Of a stretch of DNA of 64,000 nucleotides, positions 20,813-32,337 are shown piece after piece. The notes under the pieces were generated by a model. It did no database searches, was not told the DNA's origin, and worked only from the letters and a program-made list of their open reading frames with translations. The stretch is from the NCBI GenBank assembly GCA_035250975.1, contig DATFEP010000040.1, positions 17,828 to 81,827 of the forward strand, in the 5' to 3' direction. The first letter of the stretch is position 1; each line of letters opens with the position of its first letter. Source of the stretch: Nitrososphaeraceae archaeon. GTDB taxonomy: Archaea; Thermoproteota; Nitrososphaeria; Nitrososphaerales; Nitrososphaeraceae. The translations under genes were made by a program, and so were the position numbers.

Positions 20813-21910
20813 ATGTTATACTTTGTTGGAATAGGAATAGACGGTTGTAACAGTATAAGTTTAAACGCTATAGAAATTATGAAAGGTTGTCAGAAAATTT
20901 ATATTGAAAGATTCACAAGTTACATAAGTAAAAAAGAAATAGAAAAACTAGCTCAACTTATAGACCCCGAGAAGAAAAAACAAATTAATTTAGTTCAACG
21001 TTGGTTTATTGAGGATGGAAAAGAGATACTTTCCAAATCTAAAAATGCAATTGTTGCAATAGTAACTTATGGTGACCCATTTATGGCAACAACATTGAAT
21101 GAATTACTGATAAGAGCTAAAAGAAATTTAATTGAAACACGTATTATTCACGGTTCTTCTGGACTTTTTTCTTTCATCGGGGAAAGTGGCCTTCATAACT
21201 ATAAATTCGGTCGTACTACTACAATAATGTCAGATCCTCAATCTGCAATAAGTGTCTATAATATTATTTATGAGAATCTAAAAGTAGGTAATCATACCTT
21301 GATATTAACTGAATATAACAATAATGATGATAGAGATTTTTTCTTTCTAAATCCTCAATTAGCTCTTGAAATGTTAGTGGAAGTTGAAAAAGATCTAAAA
21401 TATGGAATTATATCAGAAGATACTTTTATTATAGTTGGATCAAGAATCGGAACTGATTCTCAAAAAATTCAATCAGGAAAGATTCACTCTTTTGAGAATA
21501 TGGATTTTGGTAAAGGACCTCATTCTATAATCATTCCTGGACACCTTCACTTTACTGAAATTGATTCTATAACATCACTTTATCAAAATTTTGACAATCC
21601 ATCTGATAATACAAAACTATTCCAACACCTTGCCGTATCAATGGTTAACAGATATCTCCCAAAAGCTAAAGAAGCGCTAAAAACAATGAAGTCATTTCTA
21701 GATAAAGAAAATAGTATCTCCACTAATAACAATAAACCTGATAATAAGGGTATGTACAATGTACTAGAAAACGCTGAATATTACTTGCTTGATTCAGAGA
21801 GATTTCTTAACCAAAATAAATATGAATTAGCCGTCTTAAGCATTGGTTATGCAGAAGGATTAATAGATTCATTACGATTTCAGAAAAATATCAATCCATG
21901 GTTATCTTAA
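20813..21910 (+). CDS. dph5: Diphthine synthase with C-terminal DUF357-like domain
   Basis: GDPFMATT, YKFGRTTT, HTLIL, PHSIIIPG; tail NAEYYLLDSERF..LAVLSIGYAEGLIDSLR. Confidence 0.9.
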   Translation: MLYFVGIGIDGCNSISLNAIEIMKGCQKIYIERFTSYISKKEIEKLAQLIDPEKKKQINLVQRWFIEDGKEILSKSKNAIVAIVTYGDPFMATTLNELLIRAKRNLIETRIIHGSSGLFSFIGESGLHNYKFGRTTTIMSDPQSAISVYNIIYENLKVGNHTLILTEYNNNDDRDFFFLNPQLALEMLVEVEKDLKYGIISEDTFIIVGSRIGTDSQKIQSGKIHSFENMDFGKGPHSIIIPGHLHFTEIDSITSLYQNFDNPSDNTKLFQHLAVSMVNRYLPKAKEALKTMKSFLDKENSISTNNNKPDNKGMYNVLENAEYYLLDSERFLNQNKYELAVLSIGYAEGLIDSLRFQKNINPWLS

Positions 21911-22007
21911 TTTTATACCTCATTTTTTTAAAGATTTTTTTTATATTCTGATGATAAGAACTATTATTATAATAGAAGGTGTTTATTTCTCTGGGTGAGT
22001 ATTATTA

Positions 22008-23378
22008 TTGAGCAAAAATAATCAAGCTTTTAAAATACCAGATGAACTATTACTTTTTCTTAAAAATGAAACTTATTCGTTATTAATTAAAGGTGAACCT
22101 GGTATCGGTAAAACAGCATTATGTCTTGCTATTTTAAAGGAATTGAATATTAAAAATAATTTCTTTTACATATCTACTAGAGTTTCTCCAAATAAATTAT
22201 TTTATTACTTTAAATGGGTAAATAAATACCTTAAAATCAAATCTTCCAATCTACATAATAAATTTTCTAAAACTGAAACTACGTTTGGACCATTCTTCGA
22301 AGATGCTCGACTGGATGAACCAGAATCTCTATTTGAACGAATTACAAATCAACTTATGGACGTACGTGCTCCCTTAATTATTGTCGATAGTTGGGATGGT
22401 GTGGCATCTTTTATGGATAGAGAATCCAGATTAAACAACGAACGAGTATTACAGACTTGGTTAGAAAGAGCTGGGGGTCGTCTAATATTAGTCGGAGAAG
22501 GAACAGCCACATCCACATTGGATTATTTAGTTGATGGGGTCGTGACATTAAGGAACATAAAGTATTACGGACGCGATCTCAGAGAAATATCTTTAAATAA
22601 GTTAAGAGGAGTAAATGTAATAAAAAATTCTTATTTATTCACGTTACATGAAGGTATGTTTAAGACATTTGAATCTTATAGCGATCCCTGTTCACCGTCT
22701 ATCCAAATTTCTGAATCTGATTTAGATAAATCCGCTAATTTGTCTACTGCGAAGAAATTTAGTTCTGGATATGAGATTATAGACAGAGATTTTAATGGTG
22801 GTTTTTTAGATAAGTCTGTAGTCCTGATTGAATATGATCCTAGAATTGGAATCAATGCCGCTATTATTTTTTTATCACAATTTATTAGTGAATCGATGAA
22901 AAAATTATACTCCATATTTTTAAACTATAGTTTGAAAAATTCATATAGTTTATTATTAAATCAGATAATTAAAAATCATAATGATGATTTGATCAGATAT
23001 ATTAATTTCTTTAAAAAATCTAGAAATAATTCTGAAAATGATCAATATGTTGCAAAAAATATGCAGTCATATGATTTTATTGATGAGATAGAGAAATTTA
23101 AATCGCAATCTCCTGTATTTAGTATTATAGATATAGACAGGGATCAAAAAATAGACCCTGCAGTATTAGAAAGTCTAAAGAATCATATGAATATCACATT
23201 TATGATAAAGACGCTTGATGTTTCAGATAAATATTATGGTCTAATATTTCCTGATTACCATTTTCAACTTCTCTTAATTAATGGTGTACTTTGTATTAAT
23301 ATACTTCATCCTTTATCAAAAATGTATGTCCTAGAGCTAAACAAAGAAAAAAATAATGTTAATTTAATTGAAATTTGA
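22008..23378 (+). CDS. RAD55/GvpD-like (KaiC superfamily) P-loop ATPase with degenerate second domain
   Basis: GEPGIGKT Walker A, IVDSWD, LDYLVDGVVTL, KLRG; second repeat (FSSGYEIIDRDFNGG) lacks Walker A. Confidence 0.8.
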   Translation: MSKNNQAFKIPDELLLFLKNETYSLLIKGEPGIGKTALCLAILKELNIKNNFFYISTRVSPNKLFYYFKWVNKYLKIKSSNLHNKFSKTETTFGPFFEDARLDEPESLFERITNQLMDVRAPLIIVDSWDGVASFMDRESRLNNERVLQTWLERAGGRLILVGEGTATSTLDYLVDGVVTLRNIKYYGRDLREISLNKLRGVNVIKNSYLFTLHEGMFKTFESYSDPCSPSIQISESDLDKSANLSTAKKFSSGYEIIDRDFNGGFLDKSVVLIEYDPRIGINAAIIFLSQFISESMKKLYSIFLNYSLKNSYSLLLNQIIKNHNDDLIRYINFFKKSRNNSENDQYVAKNMQSYDFIDEIEKFKSQSPVFSIIDIDRDQKIDPAVLESLKNHMNITFMIKTLDVSDKYYGLIFPDYHFQLLLINGVLCINILHPLSKMYVLELNKEKNNVNLIEI

Positions 23379-23965
23379 TCGGAGTGCTGTGATACAGATA
23401 AGTCTTTTTATTAATTTTAATATGTAGACTGATTTTAGATCTTTAATTTTTTAGTTTTTTCTAAAAATTGATGTCAAATAGTTATAGATTTTTAATAAAA
23501 CATACATATTGGTTATATATTATTGATTATTGGAATGCTTGCTCTCGATTATCAATAGATTTTGTTGATTTTATTAAATAATTTAATCATCTTCAATCTC
23601 GTAATTATTGCCAATTTTAAAAATTGTAAGATATCAATTGTCTATTAAAATAGTTTATAAGTTATTCGTTCATCATTTTTATAACTATCGATAAATCGAT
23701 AATTCTAAGAAAATCAATTCTCATCATCCTTATCAAATCATTGGATTGTTTTACTCTACAATCATTTAATCGTTAATATCAACTACAAAGATATGTCAAG
23801 ATTTGGTTCCAATAACTCCTTAGATATGACCTTGTCTAAATTTAAGAATTCAAGACTATTAATATAATTATTAATTCTTGATGTTGATGTATAAATAGAC
23901 TTTACAAAAATTCGGTAAATCTTTGACACAATGCGTCTTTATTTGTTACTTTTAAGCCATAAAAA

Positions 23966-24039
23966 TGGGCCGAAAGGGAGTTGAACCCTCGACCTTTCGA
24001 TTATCAGTCGAACGCTCCACCAAGCTGAGCTATCGGCCC
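23966..24039 (-). tRNA. tRNA-Ile(GAT)
   Basis: Reverse complement GGGCCGATAGCTCAGCTTGGTGGAGCGTTCGACTGATAATCGAAAGGTCGAGGGTTCAACTCCCTTTCGGCCCA folds as a cloverleaf. Confidence 0.96.
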
Positions 24040-24187
24040 TCTATACAGATTAGTATTTTGTTGGTGCTTTATTTCCGAGACAATTTAAATATTTATCTTA
24101 TGATTTTCTAAAATATACTCTCTCTTGCAGATAAAACTACTAAAATCTATATGAATAATAATGCATTTAAGACTATAAAATTGTAAT

Positions 24188-25018
24188 ATGATATTATTAA
24201 TGAAAGACAAGATCCATAACGTTGCTATAATAACAAAAAATCTAAATGATCTTGCCGCTGAATTCGAGAAACGAATCACAAAACTTTTGTTGGAAAAAAA
24301 TATCAAAGTATATTCATTTCCGCCCTTCGAAATATCTGGTACTCATACAGTATCTTTAAATTTTAAATCTGTTGAAGACGTTGATCTTATTATTTGTCTT
24401 GGTGGCGATGGAACTACTTTACGTGCATTTAGATTTTATCCAAGCAATATTCCTGTATTTAGTATTAATGTTGGCGGTACTAGAGGAATCTTATCAGAAA
24501 TTAAAGTTGATTTAATTAACAGTGCAATTGATGCACTTTTAAAAGGTGATTATTTCTTTGATGAAAGGTTAAGAATCCAAGTTTCTTCTGAAAACCAATT
24601 ATTCCCTCCTGCACTAAATGATGTATTATTATTCAGGTCAAATCTTACACGAACACCGACATTTACTATAAAATATCGTGGAGATAAAATTGTTCAACGT
24701 ATGGACGGAATTTTGATATCTACTCCAACAGGATCTACAGGACATTGTCTATCTTTAGGTGGTCCAATCTTGCACGAAGAACTATATTGTTTAATTATCA
24801 ATCCAATAGCTTCTATCAACAAGTTACCACAATTCATAGTCCCCCCAGATGATATAGAAATCATTTGTAATAACAATGTAGACTTGATAGTGGATGGTCA
24901 AGACAGATATTTAGTAGACGCAGAAGAACCAATTACCCTAAAAAGATATGAAATTAATGCTAAATTTATTCGATTAAGAAAAAAAGGCTTAAGGCAACTT
25001 GAAAAACTTGGATTCTGA
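24188..25018 (+). CDS. nadK: NAD kinase
   Basis: GGDGT, ALND, DGILISTPTGSTG..LSLGGP, VDGQ. Confidence 0.93.
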   Translation: MILLMKDKIHNVAIITKNLNDLAAEFEKRITKLLLEKNIKVYSFPPFEISGTHTVSLNFKSVEDVDLIICLGGDGTTLRAFRFYPSNIPVFSINVGGTRGILSEIKVDLINSAIDALLKGDYFFDERLRIQVSSENQLFPPALNDVLLFRSNLTRTPTFTIKYRGDKIVQRMDGILISTPTGSTGHCLSLGGPILHEELYCLIINPIASINKLPQFIVPPDDIEIICNNNVDLIVDGQDRYLVDAEEPITLKRYEINAKFIRLRKKGLRQLEKLGF

Positions 25019-25496
25019 AGTATTTGTATTGGATTCTAGTGCTTTTTATTCTGGATTTCATCTTTCAAATAGTAAAAAATATTACACTACTCCATTGATT
25101 CTTGATGAGGTTCGTCATTTAAAGAATTTGACTTCGAGTTACGATGCTTTAATAATTTCAGAGTCATTATTCGCACTTGAACCAAATGTTGAATCCGTTT
25201 CAAAGACGAGAACTACAGCCTTTAGCTCTGGAGACATTGATAGACTTTCTGATGCGGATATTTCAATTATTTCTCTATCTTATCAATTGGGCTATCCCCT
25301 AGTTTCAGATGATTATTGTGTTCAAAATGTATCGAAGATCATGGGTATTGAGATCATTTCTCTAGGCATATCTGAAATTTCAAAAATCCGGAAATGGATC
25401 AATTTTTGTAAAACTTGTGGTAAAGGTTATTCACCTAAAATAACTGAATGTACAATTTGTGGTAACAAAACTAGAAGAAGATATAAAAATAAGTAA
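24999..25496 (+). CDS. nob1: Nob1-like PIN endonuclease with C-terminal Zn ribbon
   Basis: VLDSSAF, LSDAD, SDDYCVQNV, CxxC...CxxCG. Confidence 0.88.
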   Translation: MKNLDSEVFVLDSSAFYSGFHLSNSKKYYTTPLILDEVRHLKNLTSSYDALIISESLFALEPNVESVSKTRTTAFSSGDIDRLSDADISIISLSYQLGYPLVSDDYCVQNVSKIMGIEIISLGISEISKIRKWINFCKTCGKGYSPKITECTICGNKTRRRYKNK

Positions 25497-25626
25497 TTTG
25501 ATATTTTAAATATTCTGCAACTTTCTTGAATTACAGTTTCTTGTTTTTAAGGCATTGTTATGACTTTCATGGGAGCGAATAAGAAGAAAATATTAGCATA
25601 CGATTTTTCTATAATATTTCTTCTAG

Positions 25627-27513
25627 TTGATTTATTTATTAGAATATAATCTTCTTATTTGTCTGCAGTTGGTAGGTTTCTCTATAATAAAAAACAATTT
25701 TTCTTTTCTTTTGATAATTATAATAATTGGTATTGGTTTTCTTTCCATAATATCCTATCAGTCGGCTTCATTTACTGCAGATGAGATAAAAAAGATTGCT
25801 CAGGAAGATATCCGTTCTAATGCAAGAATACAGACTTATGACCTTTCAAGGATTCTTGTTCATAGTTTAGACTCGATTATTTCAAATCTAGAACTCTTGA
25901 CTTCTTCCCCCTTGATTTTGCAAAACGATCTTGACCAAATTCAAAACCTTCTTTATACTGCACAGCTATCAACCTTGCAAATAACTGATGCGTATTATTG
26001 GATGGATATTAATGGTAGAATAGTAAGCTCTAGTAAAATCTATCAAGGAGAAAACCTCAATACCAATCTAAACCTTCAAAATCAACCTTTTTTTCTATAC
26101 CCAAAAAAGACACTATCTCCTTACTACAGTACTTCGATCAAGTCAGAAGATAGTCCGTCCTCTTCTTTATACATTTCATATCCTTTATTAAAACAACAAA
26201 TAATAAAACATCAAAATGATACCTTTAGCATAAGACAGACATTTGATGGGGTAATTGTTGCTGCAATAAGTGTAAAATCCTTAGGTATATTTTTACAAAA
26301 TGAAATGGTATCTTCTATTATAGGTAATGTTGGTTTAATGGATAGAAATGGTGTGATAATCTATGCTAGAAATCAGTCTCTAATAGGCAACAATTATCTT
26401 TCCACCGAATTTCAATCTTTAATTCCAGAGAATCTCAGGGGGGATTACAATAGTATTCTTAAGAAAGGTCTTGAAGGAAAATCCCTTGCCGAAGATTTAG
26501 CGTATAACGGAACTACAGTAACCTTATCATACGAGCCAATAGTAATTAGTGATAAATACCTGTGGACTTTATATGTTAGTTTTCCACATCAGCTTGCCAG
26601 TAACGTCGGTTCTCTGATAGCTCAACAAAATAACTTCAGTACTCTGATAGTTGTAATTACTGGCTCAGTCACAGTTGGAATAATATATCTAATTCTTTCC
26701 TGGAACAGACGATTAGAGGGGGAAGTTAGTACTAGAACGTCACAATTAAAAAGTATTAACCTGTCTTTGGTGGAGTCAAATAGACTTCTGGAAGAAGCTA
26801 ATGAACAGCTAAAGGTACACGATAAAATGCAAAAAGAATTCATTAACATTGCAGCTCATGAATTACGAACCCCTATAATGCCTATTCTAGGAGAGGTTGA
26901 GTTAATAGAAGAGGACCTTGATCCAGAGGACAAGACTGTAAAAGTTCAAGAAGAACAAATTAAATTAATCATTAGGAATGCAAAACGGTTAGATAGATTA
27001 GCTTCTGACATTCTCGATGTAACTAGGATCGAAAGCAATTCTTTAGTCCTTCAAAAAGATTACTTTGATCTTAATGATATTCTTTCTGATTCAATCAACG
27101 ATATCGAGAAGCGTATATCTTCCGGAGATGGTTATGCCAAAAATATTAAAGCTATCTATCAGCCAACTAATGTGAGGATTTTTGGAGATAAGGAGAGGAT
27201 AAACCAAGTAATTAGTAATTTATTGAGTAACGCATTGAAATTTACAGAAAAAGGTTTTATTAAAATGAGTGTTACAAAGAAGGATCAGGATGTACTTATT
27301 AGTGTTGAAGATACGGGCAGTGGAATAGATGCGGAGATTTATCCTCGTCTATTTTGTAAATTTGCTACAAAATCCGATAAAGGTACTGGACTGGGTCTGT
27401 ATATTTCTAAAAATATAGTTGATGCACATCACGGTAAAATATGGGCTCAGAACAATCCTAACGGGATAGGAGCTACTTTTTTCTTTAAACTTCCACTAGA
27501 TGATAAAACTTAA
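25627..27513 (+). CDS. Membrane sensor histidine kinase (Cache-type sensor, HisKA, HATPase)
   Basis: Two TM segments, AAHELRTP, NLLSNALKF, DTGSGI, GTGLGL. Confidence 0.92.
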   Translation: MIYLLEYNLLICLQLVGFSIIKNNFSFLLIIIIIGIGFLSIISYQSASFTADEIKKIAQEDIRSNARIQTYDLSRILVHSLDSIISNLELLTSSPLILQNDLDQIQNLLYTAQLSTLQITDAYYWMDINGRIVSSSKIYQGENLNTNLNLQNQPFFLYPKKTLSPYYSTSIKSEDSPSSSLYISYPLLKQQIIKHQNDTFSIRQTFDGVIVAAISVKSLGIFLQNEMVSSIIGNVGLMDRNGVIIYARNQSLIGNNYLSTEFQSLIPENLRGDYNSILKKGLEGKSLAEDLAYNGTTVTLSYEPIVISDKYLWTLYVSFPHQLASNVGSLIAQQNNFSTLIVVITGSVTVGIIYLILSWNRRLEGEVSTRTSQLKSINLSLVESNRLLEEANEQLKVHDKMQKEFINIAAHELRTPIMPILGEVELIEEDLDPEDKTVKVQEEQIKLIIRNAKRLDRLASDILDVTRIESNSLVLQKDYFDLNDILSDSINDIEKRISSGDGYAKNIKAIYQPTNVRIFGDKERINQVISNLLSNALKFTEKGFIKMSVTKKDQDVLISVEDTGSGIDAEIYPRLFCKFATKSDKGTGLGLYISKNIVDAHHGKIWAQNNPNGIGATFFFKLPLDDKT

Positions 27514-27743
27514 TAATGTTTAAGAAATTTTTAGGTTTTCATTTTTATACGTTGATTTAAAAATAATATAATATTTTTATCTTTAAAAATCTTTCAATAA
27601 CAAGATATATCAAATTCCAATTATACTCTTATCTGTATTAATCTTCTAATATTATTTTACATATTATTTTCCATTCAAATATAATCACAGATTGCTATGG
27701 ATTGAACTATCCTAAATCAAATATATTTATTTAGAACTAGATA

Positions 27744-28106
27744 TTGCAAGCAAAAATGAATTTACAGATTGTATTAATCATTGGACTTGTGTGTACATTC
27801 ATTTTTCTATCATCGTTTACAAATCTTGTGTTTGCTGAGGATTTTCCCGTAATTTTCGCATTTAAAGAACAATATCTTCCATCGAAATATACCCCGTCAT
27901 ATCTCACATTCATGATAAATAATGCATTAGGTGGTTCATCTTCATACGTTTCTAATAGTGAATCCCATGAAACATTTAAAGAACAATTCGTCTCAATTGA
28001 ATCATTGGACTATAATAATAAAATGATGTTTGAAGATCCATCCCAACAATTAACGTCTCTTAGTACTAATAATGCACCATTTATTCTGCCATTACCCTTT
28101 CCCTAA
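27744..28106 (+). CDS. Secreted hypothetical protein
   Basis: Signal-peptide-like N-terminus; C-terminal PFILPLPFP. Confidence 0.6.
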   Translation: MQAKMNLQIVLIIGLVCTFIFLSSFTNLVFAEDFPVIFAFKEQYLPSKYTPSYLTFMINNALGGSSSYVSNSESHETFKEQFVSIESLDYNNKMMFEDPSQQLTSLSTNNAPFILPLPFP

Positions 28107-28189
28107 TGTATTTTAGAGGAGTTAAAAATAGAAACAAATTGAAAATAACTATTAAGAATATATATCTGAATTGTATTTTTTTCAATATC

Positions 28190-28264
28190 GCGAGGTTAGC
28201 CTAGGCCGGTTAGGGTACGAGCTTCCCAAGCTCGGGGTCGCGGGTTCAAATCCCGCATCTCGCA
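28190..28264 (+). tRNA. tRNA-Gly(CCC)
   Basis: GCGAGGT/ATCTCGC acceptor, CGAGC-TT-CCC-AA-GCTCG anticodon arm, GCGGG-TTCAAAT-CCCGC. Confidence 0.95.
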
Positions 28265-28716
28265 TATTGCAAAATAAACAACATGTTCATAATGGTCCTA
28301 AATAATCAAAGCCGGTTTTTCTTTTAATCAAATTCGATATTTATCAAGCATTATTAACAAGTAAATTAATAAAAAATAGACGGGTTTTAAGTATCATTAA
28401 GTTCCTCTAGTTGTATTAAAATTTAAAATAATATAACTCAAATTGAAATTTGATTTTATTTTTGGCAACTGTTTAGACATATTTTAATCTATCATACCAT
28501 GAATCATATGTTAGCTGAGATGTTCTGACAGATAGTTTCTTATATCTAGATTATATTTTTTCTTCTAAGATATCTACATATTTTATTTCTGAAACCTGTA
28601 ACTAATGAATAGACTGCCAAATGATAATGAGTTTTTTGTATTTGATTTGGAATTACTTTTAAAAAGATACGAATAATTTAAATCTTTAAATATAATCGTT
28701 AATTTTCATTAAATGG

Positions 28717-29094
28717 ATGAAATTTCTTTTTTCCAAATTTGTTGTATTTACTTTTATTTCCTTCACAATAATATTATTTTCTAATATTCAGTTTTTTAAT
28801 ATTACAATATTTTCACAAGAAGATGATAAGAAAGGGTTTGGAGTACAAGAAAGAGAACGTGCTAGAATACATGCGGATAATGACTCAAAAGTTGATGATA
28901 AGAAAGGGTTTGGAGTACAAGAAAGAGAACGTGCTAGAATACATGCTGAGAACGATTCTCAAATTTTTAATAATGACTTTGCCGGTTTGATCATACTTGT
29001 AACAATAATTGTTATTGTTGCTGTAAGTTCATATGCATTATACAAAATATTGATAATCAGAAGAAAGTCCGATCATTCAAAACCAAAAAAATAA
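28717..29094 (+). CDS. Membrane-anchored protein with tandem DDKKGFGVQERERARIHA repeat
   Basis: N- and C-terminal hydrophobic helices; identical 53-bp repeat at 28822 and 28894. Confidence 0.7.
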   Translation: MKFLFSKFVVFTFISFTIILFSNIQFFNITIFSQEDDKKGFGVQERERARIHADNDSKVDDKKGFGVQERERARIHAENDSQIFNNDFAGLIILVTIIVIVAVSSYALYKILIIRRKSDHSKPKK

Positions 29095-29112
29095 TAATAA
29101 TGGTTTAGTCAA

Positions 29113-29631
29113 TTGATTAAAAAAATTTTTTTTAGAAATTACATCTTAGTACCAATATCAATTTCGTTATTGTTATTGATTCAATATGCTCATGGTGATA
29201 ATCATAATAGAAGTTTACATGACAATGCAGAATTATTAGGATGGCTTTCCATTAGTTGTGGATTAATTGCTAATATTCCATTCATTTTATACGTACGCGT
29301 AAAGAGATTATCAGTTAAAAAATTAGGTGGAGCTGACAGTCTAACGCGAAATCTTTCTCTAGAACACAGACCAATAATTAATTTCCATATTATTTTGAAT
29401 CTAATTGGATTTTTTACAGGCATTTTTCATGGAGTATTGTTAATTAGGGGAATAGATTTTATTTCTATATCGTTAGTAATTGTTATAACTACGCTTACTG
29501 TTAGTGGCATTTTGATGAGATTTGCAAAATTAAGAATTCTTAATCAGTTAAATAGAATAATACATACACATATTATTCTCACAATTTTACTTGTAATTTT
29601 GGTAGTCTTACATCTCTCGATTTCACAGTAA
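29113..29631 (+). CDS. Four-TM protein with paired His, cytochrome b / ferric reductase-like membrane domain
   Basis: FHIILNLIGFFTGIFHG and IHTHIILTILLVILVVLHL His pairs in TM helices. Confidence 0.55.
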   Translation: MIKKIFFRNYILVPISISLLLLIQYAHGDNHNRSLHDNAELLGWLSISCGLIANIPFILYVRVKRLSVKKLGGADSLTRNLSLEHRPIINFHIILNLIGFFTGIFHGVLLIRGIDFISISLVIVITTLTVSGILMRFAKLRILNQLNRIIHTHIILTILLVILVVLHLSISQ

Positions 29632-29699
29632 AAGCGCTTATTCTTGAAGTTAACATTGTCCAATTTGGAACATAAATGACAAAGTTTATAATATCACGC

Positions 29700-30230
29700 T
29701 TGATTCATGCATGAGATTAGTTCTATAAAACTCATTGGAAATGCTACAAAAGTAGGGTATATTTTGTCATGCAAGATAGAAAGGAAGAACTTGTATAAGC
29801 TGGCCTATCGATCATTATATTATTTTGAGAGTATGAGCATTATGGATGTAAATGTTGACATACAAATTTCGTGATTTCACTGGAACTTATATTGAAGAAT
29901 TTGACTATTCCCAAGGTATAATACATCATCTTGTTTACATCTTTACATAAAGTATCCCTGCATACAGAACACGATTTTACGTATATATCAATATAAAAAC
30001 AATAGAAAGAACATTAAGAATATTTACACAACCAATCATGATACTCTATTTGAAGATATGTGAAATCTAAAACTATCTTGTCAAATCGAAATTGATGAAA
30101 GTTTGTTTGGTCCTCATAAGAGAGAATTTAAATGCGGATTAGGTTCAAATGAGCACAAAAATTGGACAACATCAAGTAGTGGCCGGTTGAAGAGAGGAAT
30201 AGGTAAGAAAATAATTACATAAATAGAATT
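29700..30230 (+). pseudogene. Degraded IS1595-family (ISXO2-like) transposase
   Basis: Interrupted frames read YKFRDFTGTYIE..IPAYRTRFYV..KTIERTLRIF and KLSCQIEIDESLFG (IS1595 E.DE..FG motif); boundaries approximate. Confidence 0.6.
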
Positions 30231-30499
30231 GAAGGAGTCTGAACTTATGCCAATACATCGTTGTATCGTTATTGAGGAGTTCCTAAACAATATGTTCATC
30301 TATATTAAAATAGATAGAATTCAGATTCAATAACAGACAAAGATATATTTTATATGTTAACAAATATTCTCGTTAAAACTGTTCCTAAATCTTTACGTAT
30401 TACCTTTCTAGGAGCATATTTTTTTCTTTACTTTTATAATTTTTAACCAATCAATTTAGGAAAAAATCTATTAATTTTTTAAATTATGTATTTTTTAAA

Positions 30500-31324
30500 T
30501 TATGTATCTATCTCTTTATAGGTTTCAAATCTTTCGTGTTTTATAGCCTCTTTTATAATAGTAAATGATACCTGTTCTGCCATTTTACTAAGTACAGAAA
30601 CATCATCTTTATATTCATCAAACGAAGAATGATTTTTATTTCCAAGATAGACTTCTTTAATTTTATACCCTGAAACGGCTGCCTCAATTAGGAACCAAAC
30701 ATCTATTCCCCATCCATCAGGAGGATTACAATCCAGCATTTTCTTCCATACCGCAACGTTGGAACATACCTCTCCGCTTAATGGTTGTTCAATATGAGAT
30801 AGTTCAGGAAAGAAAATTCGTAGCATAGGTTTTGCAATAAGTTTTGTTACAGCAGCGTCACGAGGAAGTCGTTGATAGAAGCCTCTTGTCATATCAAACC
30901 CGCCTTCCAATACCGGTTTTGCCAAATCATCAACCCACTCAGCACTAATATTTTTTATATCGGAGTCTAAAAAAAGAATAGCTTTATAGGTTTTTCCTGG
31001 ATTGTTAGGATTAATATTACCATTTATTGCCTCAATCAAACCAGCCTTCATAGCTAATCCTTTACCCGGAAATTTTTGCAAGGCTTGTTGTATTATCTTA
31101 ACGCCACCAACATTATTTGCAATTTCTATTGTATTGTCTGTAGAAAAACCATCAACTATTATAATATCTGGTTTAAATGAGCTACTTTTTACATTTATCA
31201 AGACATTCTCAATTGTACTACCTGAATTTTTTGTACATAAAATAACTGCTAAATCAGGAGAACTAAGTTCAAATGAATCATATTCACTTCCTTTAATGAT
31301 ATTATTTTCTAATGATTCATTCAT
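30500..31324 (-). CDS. GT-A glycosyltransferase, glucosyl/mannosyl-3-phosphoglycerate synthase-like
   Basis: VDGFSTD, GKGLAM, FLDSDI, VTKLIAKP, QPLSGE, GWGIDV. Confidence 0.75.
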   Translation of the reverse strand: MNESLENNIIKGSEYDSFELSSPDLAVILCTKNSGSTIENVLINVKSSSFKPDIIIVDGFSTDNTIEIANNVGGVKIIQQALQKFPGKGLAMKAGLIEAINGNINPNNPGKTYKAILFLDSDIKNISAEWVDDLAKPVLEGGFDMTRGFYQRLPRDAAVTKLIAKPMLRIFFPELSHIEQPLSGEVCSNVAVWKKMLDCNPPDGWGIDVWFLIEAAVSGYKIKEVYLGNKNHSSFDEYKDDVSVLSKMAEQVSFTIIKEAIKHERFETYKEIDT

Positions 31325-32337
31325 TTTTTATTTTTAAGCTTTAATGGTATATAGGTTTTGGTTGGAAATCTTTATAAACTAATTTTTTTAGGATTTTAAT
31401 TTCTAAATTTCATATATTTTAGAGTCCATAACAAAACCCTTGAATTTTTAAATTATCTTTTGAGAATTAAATTGAAAAGAATTATTATGCTTTCAATAAG
31501 ATTGTTAGGATAAATAGAAATCTGTCCTAGCGTATTAGGCTAGATTATCTGGTTTCCAAAAAGAAGATCTGGCAAACCCATTGTAACAGATAAAACCTCT
31601 CAACTAATTAAAAAAGATCACCATTTATTTTTATAGATGATGTCATATAGGTTTATGCTGAGACACAATTCACTATTACGTAAAATGAAAAAACCGGATA
31701 CAAAATCCGATATTGCAAAAAAAACGTTGACCTGCTACTGTATTGTGTAGCCATTATACAGAAATTCTTTATTCGTCAAATGATGAATATTCTATTGTCA
31801 TTACTCTTCTTTCCACTGTTTGTGGCAAGTATTTATCCTTTTTATTTCAATATCACTTTTGTTCTTCTAGTTAAGACAAATTTCATTTTGCGAAAATTCT
31901 TTTCTATTCCTTTTACTAAAGATCGAAATAGTTTCTATATTAGATAATATAATTGGATATTCATTGTTGTAAAAAGTATAGGAATGTCGTCTTCCTTTCT
32001 TCTTGTTGTGATTTGATTTATACACTATAATAGCTTCTTTGTTGACGATCATGAAAATCATATCAAATTTTAAAAGAAAATAACATCAGTATAGCCTTAG
32101 AATTAGTATCCAAAAAATGAAAATAATTAGATAATTAAAAAAATTATTTCTAACTCACAAATCATTAAAGACTGAATACAGAAAAAATACTAGAGTTTAT
32201 AAAATGTTATTAAATTATTAAAACTTTAAAAGAATAATAGAAAAACCCCTACTCTTAAAGTGAATATTAAATAATAGGAGGGCAAAGTACCTGAAAAATT
32301 TATTAGCAAACGATGATAATCTTTCTGCATCCAACAA

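Noticed and set aside
22008-23378. Gas vesicle gene cluster
   Set aside because: Only a GvpD-like ATPase; no gvpA or other gvp genes
28245-28264. att-site duplication of tRNA 3' ends
   Set aside because: No second copy of the tRNA-Gly, -Leu or -Ile 3' end noticed in the window
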